From Hemiscyllium ocellatum (taxonomy: Eukaryota): 64,000 nucleotides of DNA. The stretch spans positions 45,179,877 to 45,243,876 of the forward strand of contig NC_083429.1 of assembly GCF_020745735.1 (NCBI RefSeq), in the 5' to 3' direction. A program made the translations under genes and the position numbers. A model generated the notes under the pieces. That model did no database searches and was not told the origin of the DNA. It was given only the letters and a program-made list of their open reading frames with translations. Shown piece by piece: positions 13,733-25,800 of the stretch (position 1 is the stretch's first letter; each line of letters begins with the position of its first letter).

Positions 13733-13850
13733 GGTTGTTGAAGAAGCCATGAGTGGACAGTTCCTCAATGACAGTTTCTCACTGCCCTGCCCTCCTGGCT
13801 TAGAAATCTCCGATCAGGAATGGAATTACATGACACCAAATACACTGAAG
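13733..13850 (+). CDS. PCSK7: PCSK7 penultimate coding exon (VVEEAMSGQFLNDSFSLPCPPGLEISDQEWNYMTPNTLK)
   Basis: AG at 13731-13732 and AAG|GTAACA donor. The LPCPPGL and TPNTLK motifs match PC7. 118 bp, phase 2 to 0. Confidence 0.95.
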
Positions 13851-14400
13851 GTAACATTTATTGAAACACTGATACCATTAAGTATTTATGACTATTTGAA
13901 TGAACAAATGATACAAATGGGTATTGTTGTTCTCACAGGGGTATTGTTGTGATATTTCCAAAATGCCAGATTTCAGGAAGGTGTTCACTAATCAACATGC
14001 TGCTGACATCTCTACCCTGGGCAGGAATATATTTCTTCCTTCCCGTTTCTCCTGTTACTTTGGAATTAGATTTCACATTCAAAGTGGTCCCAGATGACTT
14101 ACATCAGGCTGAGTGCTGCGTTGCTAATGATCTTTGAATGGGTTTTCACAGCCAGGTAAAAGTTGGATCAAGTGTTACATCCCGGGTTGGTTTTTAATGG
14201 AAGGACCATTCAGACTAACTAACCAGCTGTTTCTGTTTCTGGCGCCCGCATTATCTGAACATGAAAGTATTCCTGGCAATCATAGAATTGATGTTGACCC
14301 TCAACCTTACAGAATGAACGTAGAGATTAATTCAACGTCCAGTCCATTATGATTGACAGGATCACTCCATGCTTTGCACATTGAACATACAAATTCTGAG

Positions 14401-14612
14401 GGTTGGTTAGCTCAGTCGGCTGGACAGCTGGTTCGTAACGCGGAGTGACACAACACTCAGGTTCATTTCCTGCTCTGGCTGAGAGTACGATGAAAGTCCC
14501 TCCTTCTCAACCCCACCCGAGGTGTGGTGACTCTTGGGTTAAACTCAGCACTAGTTGTCTTTCTCCAATGAGAATGCCAGCCCTGTAGTCCTCTGGGACT
14601 ATGGTCACTTTA
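14401..14612 (+). mobile_element. Second tRNA-derived SINE family (another copy at ~44268-44600, interrupted by a pLTR mini-insertion)
   Basis: TTAGCTCAGT(C/T)GG A box, GGTTCA B box, shared GAGGTGTGGTGACTCT body. Confidence 0.62.
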
Positions 14613-15767
14613 ACTTTACATACAAATTTGGCGTAGGCCGCTCGGTTCCTCGAGCCTGCTCCACCATTCAGCAAGATGAGAAATGTCTCCAGCCAGAGGG
14701 TGATGAATCTGTGGAACTCATTGCACAGAGTGCTCTGGAGACCAGATCATTGAGCGTGTCTAAGGCAGAGATAGATAGATTCCTCATTGATCAAAGGTTG
14801 ATAAGGGAGAATGCAGGAGAATGGGGTTGAGAAATGTATCAGCCACGATGGAATGGTGAAGCAGACTCGAGAGACTGAATGGCCTAGTTCTTTTCCAATG
14901 TCTTATGGTCTAAGATGATGGTTGATCTAATTACTCCATATTCCTGCCTATCCTTATAACCTTCCACACCCTTGCTTACCTCTGCCTTCAAAATGTTCAG
15001 AGACTCTCTTTTCACCACCTTTTCAGGAATCGAACTATAAATACTCTATGAGGGTAAAAAACTTCTCCTAATCCCTTCTTTAACGAGTAACTCGTTATTT
15101 TTAAGCAGGGGCTCCTAGATTCTGTCGAGAGGACACTTTTTGTCCACATGCCCTCTATCAAGACTCTGCAGGATTTTACATATTTCAATTAAATCACCTG
15201 TTCCTCTCCTGAACTCCAAAGGATACAAGCTTAGTCTGTCTAACCTCTACTCATAACACACCCTCCCCATTCCAGAAGATAACTTCCAATGCATTTACAT
15301 CCTTCCTTGCAAAAGGAGACTATTACTCTGTACTAGTCCAGTTGTGGGCTCGGTAGAACCCTGTATAACTGAAGCACAACCTCTCTACTTTTGTATCCAA
15401 CTCCCCTCAGAATAAACAATAATATTCTGTTAGTTTTCCTGATAATTTCCATACCTAAATACTAATTTGTTGCAGTACATGCATAAGGATACCCAGAACC
15501 CCCTGAACTGTTCAAACTCTCACCATTGTAGGGAATGTTGACACAATTCCCAATACGCCTGTGGTTCATTAAGTGCACCAAGGAATTGGATGTTCCATTT
15601 AACCAATTTGAGTTGGTGTCTGTCCTCCACATGAGTGTTAATCCCAATTCCATGTGCCCACCAAGTTCCCATAACCCTTTATCCTTCACCACCTACTAAA
15701 CATAGCCAAGGTAAAGAAATGGAAGAGATGAAAATAAGAAGTTATTAAATGTATTTTCTCTTCTCAG

Positions 15768-16175
15768 ATGCTGCTGCTACTGGGATGTTTTGCTGTCTTC
15801 TGGTCTGTTTATTATACACTGGAAGTTATATTCTACTCCCGGAAGCAGTTTGAGTTCAGCTTGCTGTGTAATACATCTACCCATGGATCTTATCAAACCT
15901 TACATAATGTTGAAAAGGATGCATCGGAATTGGTGCCTCTGCAAAACATGGATGCAAATGAGGTAGACGAGCGACAGATGTTGAACGTTGAGGAAGCCAG
16001 TTTGGAGAAAATGGGAGAAGAGAAAGATCGAAACTTAAAGTACGAAGTGCGAAATGTAGCCATACCAATAACTGAGCCCAGACAGAGCTGGGATTATTCA
16101 ATTCCAAACCATCGAGTGGGGCATAGAAACAGCGAAAACTCTTTACTTTTCTCCTGTGACAATGAGCTGACGTAA
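15768..16175 (+). CDS. PCSK7: PCSK7 terminal coding exon: transmembrane helix and cytosolic tail
   Basis: ttttctcttctcag acceptor directly before 15768. MLLLLGCFAVFWSVYYTLEV matches the PC7 TM segment (human LVLVGCFTVFWTVYYMLEV). TAA stop ends at 16175. Confidence 0.93.
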   Translation: MLLLLGCFAVFWSVYYTLEVIFYSRKQFEFSLLCNTSTHGSYQTLHNVEKDASELVPLQNMDANEVDERQMLNVEEASLEKMGEEKDRNLKYEVRNVAIPITEPRQSWDYSIPNHRVGHRNSENSLLFSCDNELT

Positions 16176-16578
16176 TATCAAAGGAATTCATTGCACACCT
16201 ACTTGCAGACGAGAACATATAAGCCCTTGGAAAATCTAATTGGGCAGGACCACCCTTTATAAACAGATTGAACTGGATAATCAACCGCCACATGAACTCT
16301 GCCTGTCAGATAATAGTGGCCTCCTCAGGGTCACGTATATTTGCATCCCTGGTTCAGGACTCTGTGTATCGCCGAACTGGAAGTGATCATCAGCAGATCT
16401 TTTCCCGACAGAGCGCATACCTTTCCCTGTCAGTGTTTTTCTCTCTCTCTCTCTCTCTTTCTTCTCTACTCCCTTCTCTTTGTCGCTGAGCAACTATCTG
16501 TCCATCCATAATGTCAGTGGAGAACAAAGTTTAAAATCATACAACACCAGGTTGTAGTCCCACTGGTTTATTTGGAAG

Positions 16579-16613
16579 CACTAGCTTTCGAAGTGCTGCC
16601 TCATCATCAGGTA
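16579..16613 (-). ncRNA. Minimal hammerhead motif (family B), antisense to PCSK7
   Basis: Reverse strand TAC-CTGATGA-T-GAGG CAGCA CTTC-GAAAGCTA-GTG. Confidence 0.6.
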
Positions 16614-16758
16614 GTTGTGAAGCAGGACCATAGGACACAGAATTTATAGCAAAAGATTACAATGAATCAATGATACATTGAACAACCCTAGTTTGTTAAG
16701 TTTTTCATCTTTTAGAATGGATTTGCTGATTTTGGTTCTTTAATATGTAAATCCCAGA

Positions 16759-17000
16759 GGGTGACTGTCTGTGTGTAGTTTGCACATTCTCCCCGTGTCT
16801 GTGTGGGTTCCCTCCGGGTGCTCCGGTTTCCTCCCACAGTCCAAAGATGTGCAGGTTCGGTGAATTGGCCATGCTAAATTGTCCATAGTGGTAGGTGCAT
16901 CAGTCAGAGGGAAATGGTCTGGGTGGGTTACTCTTCTGAGGGTCGGTGTGGACTTGTTGGGCCGAAGGGCCTGTTTCCACACTGTAGGGAATCTAATCTA
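16759..17000 (+). mobile_element. 5'-truncated HE1-type V-SINE nested in the family B element
   Basis: V-domain and TAATC tail. Confidence 0.85.
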
Positions 17001-17991
17001 AAAAAAAGTCACATTTTCAAGATAATATAAGGTTTTATAACAAAAGATGACATTTTAGCTTAGCCAATGCCTTAAAGGTGTCAGATTAGAGGCTGCCTGT
17101 AGCCCCCACTGAAGTGCTCCCCCAGCGGTCAGGGCCATTTGGCCTCAGACCATCAGGTGACCATCCTCCAAGGCGGACTTTGGGATGGGCAGCATCGCAA
17201 AGTGGCGAAGCAGAAACCGATAGCCAAGTTCAGTACCCATGGAGATGGCCTCAACTACCCGCACTCTCTCCGTATACCTTAATTCGTTGCGAGATCAAGA
17301 ATTTATCGATTTCTGCCTTAAAGATACCCAACATCCCGGCCTCCACTGTGCTTCGTGGCAACATATTCCACAGGCCCACCACTCTCCATTATCTTGTAAG
17401 TTTCTGTTAGATCTCCCCTCAACCTTCTAAACTCTAATGAATGCGATCCCAGGATCCTCAGTTGATCATCATATGTTAGGCCCACCATTCCAGGGATCAT
17501 CCATGTGAAATTATCCATGACCCATACACTCATGCAGACCCTCTCTCATAAACAAGCTCTCTCTCATATGCATACACACACACCTCACACACTCACACCC
17601 ATGCACACACCCTCTCACAAGTTATACCCCATCACACTCACACTCACACACACACTTTATCAAGCTTGCACACATGCAAACACACACGCTCTTACGTGCA
17701 CTCGCACTCACACACTCACTCTGTCTCTCTCTCTCTCTCCTGCACATGCATATACGTTTATGAGGAGAATTTGCGTTTGGAGAATTATATTTGCAGATAC
17801 GTTCTATTTTGCTCAAAAAGTGCACAACTGCAAGCAGTCAACGCAGGCAGTCAATCCATGTAATATTTTGTAAATTCCACTTTGGCAATAGAACCAGTCT
17901 GACTCAAGATTGGGATACAGACAGATTCTAACCTCACACCTTAAAGGTATTGTCTGAGCTGAGATGTCACCTTTTATTATAAAGCCTTATA

Positions 17992-18149
17992 CAGAAGAAC
18001 CTTGATTATCCGTCATTCAATTAACCAAACTTCGGATCATCAATCAAAATTGCAAGATTCGGATGCGTGGCTAACTATGTTGTCCGGCATTTGATTAACG
18101 GAACTAAATACTTTCTGCCCATGTCCTTCGGATAATCGAGGTTCCTCTG
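17992..18149. mobile_element. 158-bp Tc1/mariner (pogo/Tigger-like) MITE
   Basis: TIRs CAGAAGAACCTTGATTATCCG / CGGATAATCGAGGTTCCTCTG with a TA duplication on both sides. It interrupts one arm of the family B element. Confidence 0.82.
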
Positions 18150-21100
18150 TATTTTCTTGAGAACGTGAGTTAAAAGAAGTTCTGGGATTTACATTTTAAA
18201 GAACTAAAACCAGCAAATCCATTCTAAAAGATGAAAGACTTAACAATCTAGGTTTGTTTATTGTATCACTGTAGCTGTTTGCTATAAATTCTGTGTCTTA
18301 TGGTCCTGTTTCACAACGACCTGATGAAGGAGCAGCGCTCCAAAAGCTAGTGCTTCCAAATAAACCTGTTGGACTATCACCTGGTGTTGTGTGATTTTTA
18401 ATTTTGGCCACCCCATTCTTACACCGGCTCCTCTAGGTAGTGGAGGACAACGCAAACCTCCCTATTTTGGTATTCAGCATTGCCTTCAAGTTATTTTCCT
18501 GCTATTCAGATACTTTTCACTTGCCTTTAGATAAGGGGCTTTGGAATATCCACAAGCAGCTAGTTTGTTAGATCAAAGGATCATCGAGCCTTCCTGCTCC
18601 TGATGATTGTACAGTAACCAGGGCTGGAAAGAATATGGATACAGAGCTGGGTGGAGAACAGCATTCAGATGAACCCTCCATTGAGTAGTTGGACTAAGAC
18701 TTGCTGCATGTTTTCTTAAATTGCACAGTTCATTGGTTCCATTAGCTGGAAAGACCTTCTCTATCTCCTGAAACTGGTTTTGAAGATACCTATTGTTCTG
18801 CCAGTGTGATTAGTTATTAGGCCATTACTGTGTTAACGATACAGATTTGTTAGACATATAATAACTCGTTGCACTGCTGCAGTTACCCTGTTCATATCGA
18901 ATAGGAGATTTACCCCCACAAACACCAATGTCCGAGCTTCTGTATCAGGTTACCTGATCTCCGCATATAACACAGATGCTATAGAATTAGTTTCAGTATC
19001 CTGGCAGCAAACAAAAGGTGAAATCTAGCTTCTGATCACTTGAAATCAGGCTTATGCAACCGAAATGGGGCTCTTCGCAAGTCTTTTGGATTAAGATTGA
19101 ACTGACTGCCAGCACCACTGCTGATGGTGCTCATGTCAGCAATAGCGTAGCAACAATGCAAAATAAATAAAATTATGTCTTTCATCAACAGGATCAATGT
19201 GATAGTGCACGTGGCTCGGAGCAGTCACGCTGAGCAAACTCTGATGCAAATGTTCTTTTGTTTCCAAGAAGAAAGATAAAATGGCTGAGAGGTACTTTAA
19301 ATAATTAGACAGTTTGAGTTACTTTGTAAGGATCTTTGGGTACACCCTTCAGTATGTTCTTGATAAGGCATTCCAGACTATAGAAGCATGAGAAAAAAAT
19401 AGTGAAAATCGATTGAAATACCTCAAAAGTGATGACGAAGCTGCAGGTCAGTCTTGACATTTGAAGGGGCAACATTTATATTTTTTCTAGTCTTGTCTTT
19501 ATAAGTATGCTGCTTTATTTTTCCATTTCAGAAATGGATACTTCAGATTGCCAGTTAAACTTGATTTTAGATGCTGGAATGATTGTGTTTTCAGCTCAAA
19601 AACAGCATTCACAATGGGGAAATTAATTAGTAAGCCAGGCTTAATTTTTGCAGCATCATATTATTATACCGAGGCTAGAGAAATATTCATGTCATATTAT
19701 CACCTCTGTAAAGTGCAAGGAGGTGTTTTCTGTTTTCTCCAATATTTATGGGAATTCTCTCTTTAAAGAAGCATCATTGTCCAGCGAAGTGTCCCTCGGG
19801 TTTCCTGGTTTCAAATATATAAAGCTCCGGTGATGTCAAAGAAAGGAAACATCTGACAGCCTGTCATTACGCCTTTCAAATGTGTCAATGGGCTTTAAGC
19901 TCTGAATTATATTTGGAATGCAGGAACTGAAATAGTGCAGAAGCGAGAATAATTGGGTCCAGTGGCTAGAGAAAGTCTGGGAATTGAAGCATTTCAAAAT
20001 GGAACAGCTCACAATGAAATTATCCTTTCTGCTCTGTACAACTTTGACCAGAACTGATGTGCTCACTGTGGAATTTGTAGCAACAGCAGGAAGAATGCTG
20101 TTTTAATATTTTAATTGAAGCACTTACATTCTTCAGCTTATCTTATTTCCACTCATCATGGAATATGTTTGTTCACTGCAGAGAAAACTGTCTACAGTTT
20201 TTAAGATCTATGATGCTTTTCCTGACAATCATTATAACATTAATCTTCAACACTTTAATGCTCAAGCCTAGCAGAATAATTATGCATCATTTTAGATTAT
20301 GTGTGAAAACTGGATATATCAAACATTTTAAGATTTAGTAAACAGTTGATGATATATAAAAACTCAGACAGCGAAGGTCATGTTACAGAGCTCACATTGT
20401 TATTGTTGATGTACCTTTCTTGAAAACTGTAAGTGTTGTTCTACCAATCAGGGGCTGCTAAATACTTTGTGAGCTCTGAGAGGATCTCCAAAGTGAGTTG
20501 TAAAATGCTGTAGATCTGTAGAAAGGGACAGACTTTCCTGAACTGCTGTGGTCTTCCAGCACCACTATTCCAGAATCTGGTTTCCAGCATCAGCAGTCAT
20601 TGTTTTTACCTGCTTGTTACTTTACTAAGCACCCAAGTTTGAACTGTTCTTTAGGGAGTTTTAATGGAAACCTTACTTTACTTAAAATTGTACAATCAGT
20701 CATCTTGCACAATGATGTAACACCAATATATCACAGAAGTGTTATGGTGCAGATGGAGGCCATTCAACCCGTCATGTTGGTACCAACTCTCCAAGGGGGC
20801 ATTGTGCCAGTCTCCTGCCTTTTCCACAGAGCCTTGCTCATTGTTTTTATTTAAATAATCAGTTAGTACCCTCTTGAATACCTTAATTGAACCTGCCTCG
20901 GCTCCAAAATTCTAGGCAGTGTATTCCAAACCCAGATCGCAAACACTTCACATTTTCTTTCTTTTGCAAATTATTTTAAATCTGTGCGTTCTCATGTTTC
21001 ATTTTATGAGCAGGAACTATTTCTCCATACCTGCTCTTTCCAGCTGCTTCAAGAATTTGAAAGCTTACATAATCTCTCCTCTTAGCCTTCCTCTCACCAA

Positions 21101-21482
21101 GGAAAACAGCCCCACCCTCTCCAATCCATCCTCATTTCTCATTTCTGGAATTATTCTTTGTGACTCTGTTGTGCACTCCCTCCAGTGCATTCTCATTCTT
21201 CCTACAATGTGATGCCCCAACTGTACACAAGACAATATAGCTGAGGTCTAACAGGTGAGTTATACAAGTTTAATATCACCTCCTTGCTCTTGTACTCTAT
21301 GCCCCTATTAATCAAGCCAAGGATACTATATGTTTTACCAACTACACTCCCCACCTGTCCTACCACATTCAGTGATCTTGAGTTAAAAGAATTGTGATCA
21401 TATACACACAGCACTCTCAGCTCTTCACCCCTTTAGGATTGTACCACTTAACTTATGTTGTCTTTTCATGTTCCTCCTACCA

Positions 21483-21812
21483 GGCAGCACGGTGGCACAG
21501 TGGTTAGCACTGCTGCCTCACAGCGCCGGAGACCTGGGTTCAATTCCCGACTCAGGCGACTGACTGTGTGGAGTTTGCACGTTCTCCCTGTGTCTGCGTG
21601 GGTTTCCTCCGGGTGCTCCGGTTTCCTCCCACAGTCCAAAGATGTGCGGGTCAGGTGAATTGGCCATGCTAAATTGCCCGTAGTGTTAGGTAAGGGGTAA
21701 ATGTAGGGGTATGGGTGGGTTGCGCTTCGGCGGGTCGGTGTGGACTTGTTGGGCTGAAGGGCCTGTTTCCACACTGTAAGTAATCTAATCAAAGTAATCT
21801 AATCTAATCTAA
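21483..21812 (+). mobile_element. HE1-type V-SINE, young copy
   Basis: Near-identical to 3523-3826. Confidence 0.9.
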
Positions 21813-22591
21813 TTAATCAAAATGCATCGCCTCCCACTTCCCTACATTGGACCTTCATCTGCCACGAATCCATCCACTTGTATCAACTGCAAAATTTTAA
21901 GTTGTTCCCTACCCTCCATGATCTTGCACATTTCTATGTACCAGAGAAAGCAAGGGTCCTAAAACAACCCCTGGATAATTCTGTTTTCCCTGAAAAACCC
22001 CAAACCAAAAAATATCCATTGACCATTCCTCTCTATTTCCTATCATTCCACTAATTTTGTATCCATGTTGTTACCATTCCTTTTATTTCGTGAGCTGTAA
22101 TTTCTCTGACAAGTTAGTTGTATACTGAATGCATTCTGTAAATCCATATAAATCACATCAACAGCATTATCCTGATTGAGCCATTCTGTTATCTCTTCAA
22201 AAAACACATTAGTTACAAATTATTTTCTTTTAGAAATCCACTTTTCCTAATCAACCAACTGTCGTCCAAGTGTCTACTAATTCTATCCTGTACAATTGTT
22301 TTTTGAAGCTTCCCTACCACTGAAGTTAAACTGACTGGGTCTGTAATTGCTGGCCTTATCCTTAGAACCTTTGTTGTTGAACAAGGGCTTGATATTTGCA
22401 ATTCTTCAGTCTTCTGAAATCCTACCTGAGTCCAAGGAGGACTGAAAGATTATAGCCACTGCCCCTGTAATGTCCATTCACTTCCCTCAAATTCCTTGGA
22501 TGTATCTCATCCTGTCCTGATGCCTTGTCAACTTTAAGTACCAACAGAATATTCAAGTCTTCTTGCATATTAATTTTGAATCCTTTTTTTA

Positions 22592-22885
22592 AGATTACTT
22601 ACAGTGTGAGAACAGGCCCTTTGGCCCAACAAGTCCACACTGACGCGCAACCCACCCAGACCCATTCCCCTACATTTGCCCCTGCCCCTTACACTACGGG
22701 CAATTTAGCGTGGTCAATTCACCTAACCTGCACATTTTTGGACTGTGGGAGAAAACAGGAGCACCCGGAGGAAACCCACGCAGTCACGGAGAGAATGTGC
22801 AAACTCCACACAGTCAGTCACCTGAGGCGGGAATTGAACCTGGGTCTCTGGTGCTGTGAGGCAGCAGTGCTAACCACTGTGCCAC
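22592..22885 (-). mobile_element. HE1-type V-SINE
   Basis: Reverse complement of the same consensus. Confidence 0.87.
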
Positions 22886-25800
22886 TCATAACCTTTCTAG
22901 TGACATTCTTACCATTTATATGCTGTTGAAGACTTTGGGATTCCTCTTTATGTTAGCTGCCAGTCTTTTCTCAGAATTCTTCTTTGTTTCTCTGATGTGC
23001 TATTTCACCTCCCGCTGAACCTTCTGTGTTCCTCTTGCTTCTAAACTGTATTTTCTCCCTGACACATGTCGAACATACACCTTATCTTTGTCTTAATTTC
23101 TATCTCCTGTGTCATCCAGGGCGTTCTGGATTTGTTTATCCTTCACTTTGCTCTGGACGGAATAAATCTTGACTAGACCTGATCCATCTCCTCATTGAAT
23201 GTGACCCATTTCTCATCAGTGAATATCTTTTCATCTAGTATTTTCAATGTCAGTCACTTGACCAAGTTTTCATTTCCTCTGGTAAATCTATCGGTTGATA
23301 TGTCTGCATTAAATTCATCCATGCACAGAGTTTGTGACATTGTTTACTTACACACACAGGAAAATGTGTTAATGAGTGTATTAAACAGGGAAAATTAAAC
23401 TACCAAATCATTAGCAGAAGAGGTGATACACATGTCAGTATGGTATTTGATGCAGTGTATGTAATGTGCAGCAGTACCTGTGCAATAAGTCTAACATATA
23501 GGACTGCATTATGAGATTGCATGTAGTGGGATGATTGCAGGAATTTGCTTTCACCATGTTTTAATGTAAAACTCTCATCTTTGTGTTGCTTTGAACAGGG
23601 GTACAAAAACTGTTGGTCGAACAAATTTGGCAAAACATTGTGTTAGGGCAAACATATGTGGTAGGTGATTTTCTGATCGCAAACTAATTGTTCGGGTAAC
23701 CTTAATGACTTATGGAGTTACGAAGCACTGCAGCAGCAAAACATAACCCCATTTCATGCTGGGACATGGGTTCCCACACATGAGACTCCCTCCCATGCCC
23801 TTCTGAAGCACCTATCTCAGCCAACTCAATGTCATGTGATCATCCTCAATTGGGGACAGAGAAGAGATGACAGCACTTAGCTGTTGAATACCCTGTGGTC
23901 AGTTTATAGTGTTGGAACCAGAAGTTTCCATCAACTGAGTTGGGCACTTGAGCCATGGAGATTAGAATGATTAATAAGTGGAGCAAGCAGTGGTGGCGAA
24001 GAGTATGTGTGTGTGTTCCAGTGAGAAGATAACATTGAGGTGAATAAGTAAAGTTTCCTTTGAACATCTGGCAGAGCAGGGTGAGATGAAAGGCTAACTA
24101 TGCTATAACTCAGAGGGGTGACAAGTACAGGTTTTTGGGCTGTTGCTTAAAACCTGTGTGCTATCAGGGGGCTGTGGGTGAACTGAAAGCAACGAGGCAG
24201 GCTTTTAGAGGAAGGAACACTTCATCAGTTAGCTCACTCTGTTGAGTCATAGCATGACCAGGCGATGACTGATATAAATTGCGCATTTCTGCGTGCAGTT
24301 CCCGTTACATATGTGCTGCTGAAACTTAGGGACTTTCTACAGAAGTGGCAACTTTAACATGAGGTGATAGCCTAGAGTGAACTTATCGGTTGATTTTTAT
24401 TTCTATCAACTTTGTACATTTTTTTTTAAATAGTATGTTGCAAATGATGGTTGATCTGATATTCTTGTGTAGATGACACTTATGAAAAGTTATCCTTACC
24501 CGTTAAAATGAAAGACTTTTTTTTGTAAACCAAATATTGCATTATTGATGGAAATCAGATTTTGAAACTACAAACAGTGAAAATAGCCACTCAGCATCTA
24601 ATCATTGCTCTCTGTTAATGTTAAATGATCATTTAATATAAAGTTTCCCCTGTCCTCAGGTTTACTGAAGGTGTTAATGCACAACTGAACCTGTCATCAA
24701 AATATTGTGTTTAATTTCCCTTGCAAAGCTCCTTGAAACTGGTACTAATACCAAGACATCATTGTTTCTGCCTTATTTGATCTACAACGTGCTTAAGCTA
24801 CTCTGATTTGTGGTTTGAGGAAAATAGAGTAATAAATAGTTGAAATAATTGCAATGTGTTAAACTACTACTCAATAGAATTCTATGTAACAAGTGTCTGA
24901 CGTTGCAGCTGAGGCAATTACAATACTCCAATTTACTGCCTTTCTGGTATTTATTTCTCTTTTCTCCAGTGCTTGGTATAGAGTTGCCAATCGCCCTGCA
25001 GTCTCTTGTCCTGCCCAGGAATTGCTGTTCATTTTAGTACTTCGGATTTTCTTTTCATTGGGTTTTCCCCAGTCTGGTTTTGTCCAACGATTGATTTGCT
25101 GGGAGTTCCCAGTACTACCTGATTATTCCTAGTCCCCGTTACTATGGTGAACTCTTCATGGCTATGTCAGTGATTGAATGGATTAATAACAACCATAATG
25201 AAAGTGGGAGCTGAAATCCAACTACCCAAAAAGGGGAAGAGCATTTTATCATTGAATTCCTACATCAACTGATTTCGGCAACTTTCTGGTTCAATTGAAG
25301 GTCAGTATTGCTGCAGATGGAAATAGAGTAAGGTTAGGGTTAGAGTCCAGCTATGACATAATGAGCTACCTTAGCCTTTTAGAACAACACTTGAAGTGCC
25401 ATAGCATCCAAGGCTATGGGTCTAGTATAGGAAAGTGGGACCAGAATGTTTTTTTTTGGATTAAGTTGTATTAGCACATGTACTGAAGTACAAGGGTACA
25501 TCAGTACAGTGCAAAGTGTACACAGTCGCCATTTCTGGTACAACTCTGAGGTAGAAATGAGAAAGGAGAGGAAAAGCACAGCAGGTCAGGCATCATCTGA
25601 GGAGCAAGAGAGTCAGGAATGTCACCTCTCGTCGACTCTCCTCAGATGTTGCCTGACCTGCTATGCTTTTCCAGCACCACACTTTCCATTACAGCATTAC
25701 AGTCCTTCTAAAGCAGCGAAAGAGGGAGAGAAAGTAAAAGCAGATGGAGCAGATGAGTCCGTGCTGTCCTTCACCTCAAGGCCAGGAGTCCATGCTGCTC

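Larger units (their letters stand above)
16528..18438. mobile_element. Penelope-like element (family B) with long inverted termini; nested HE1 SINE, CR1 fragment and MITE
   Basis: 16530-17090 is an inverted copy of 17925-18405 once nested inserts are removed. 17133-17255 encodes a GIY-YIG C-terminus (GHLASDHQVTILQGG...IAKFSTHGDGLN). TSD AGTGGAG(A/G)ACAA at 16516-16527 and 18439-18450. Confidence 0.82.
20740..23200 (-). mobile_element. Old, degraded CR1-clade LINE interrupted by two HE1 SINEs
   Basis: Residual ORF2 peptides LGLINRGIEYKSKEVILNLYNSPVRPQL and PVSLTSVVGKL. Confidence 0.7.
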
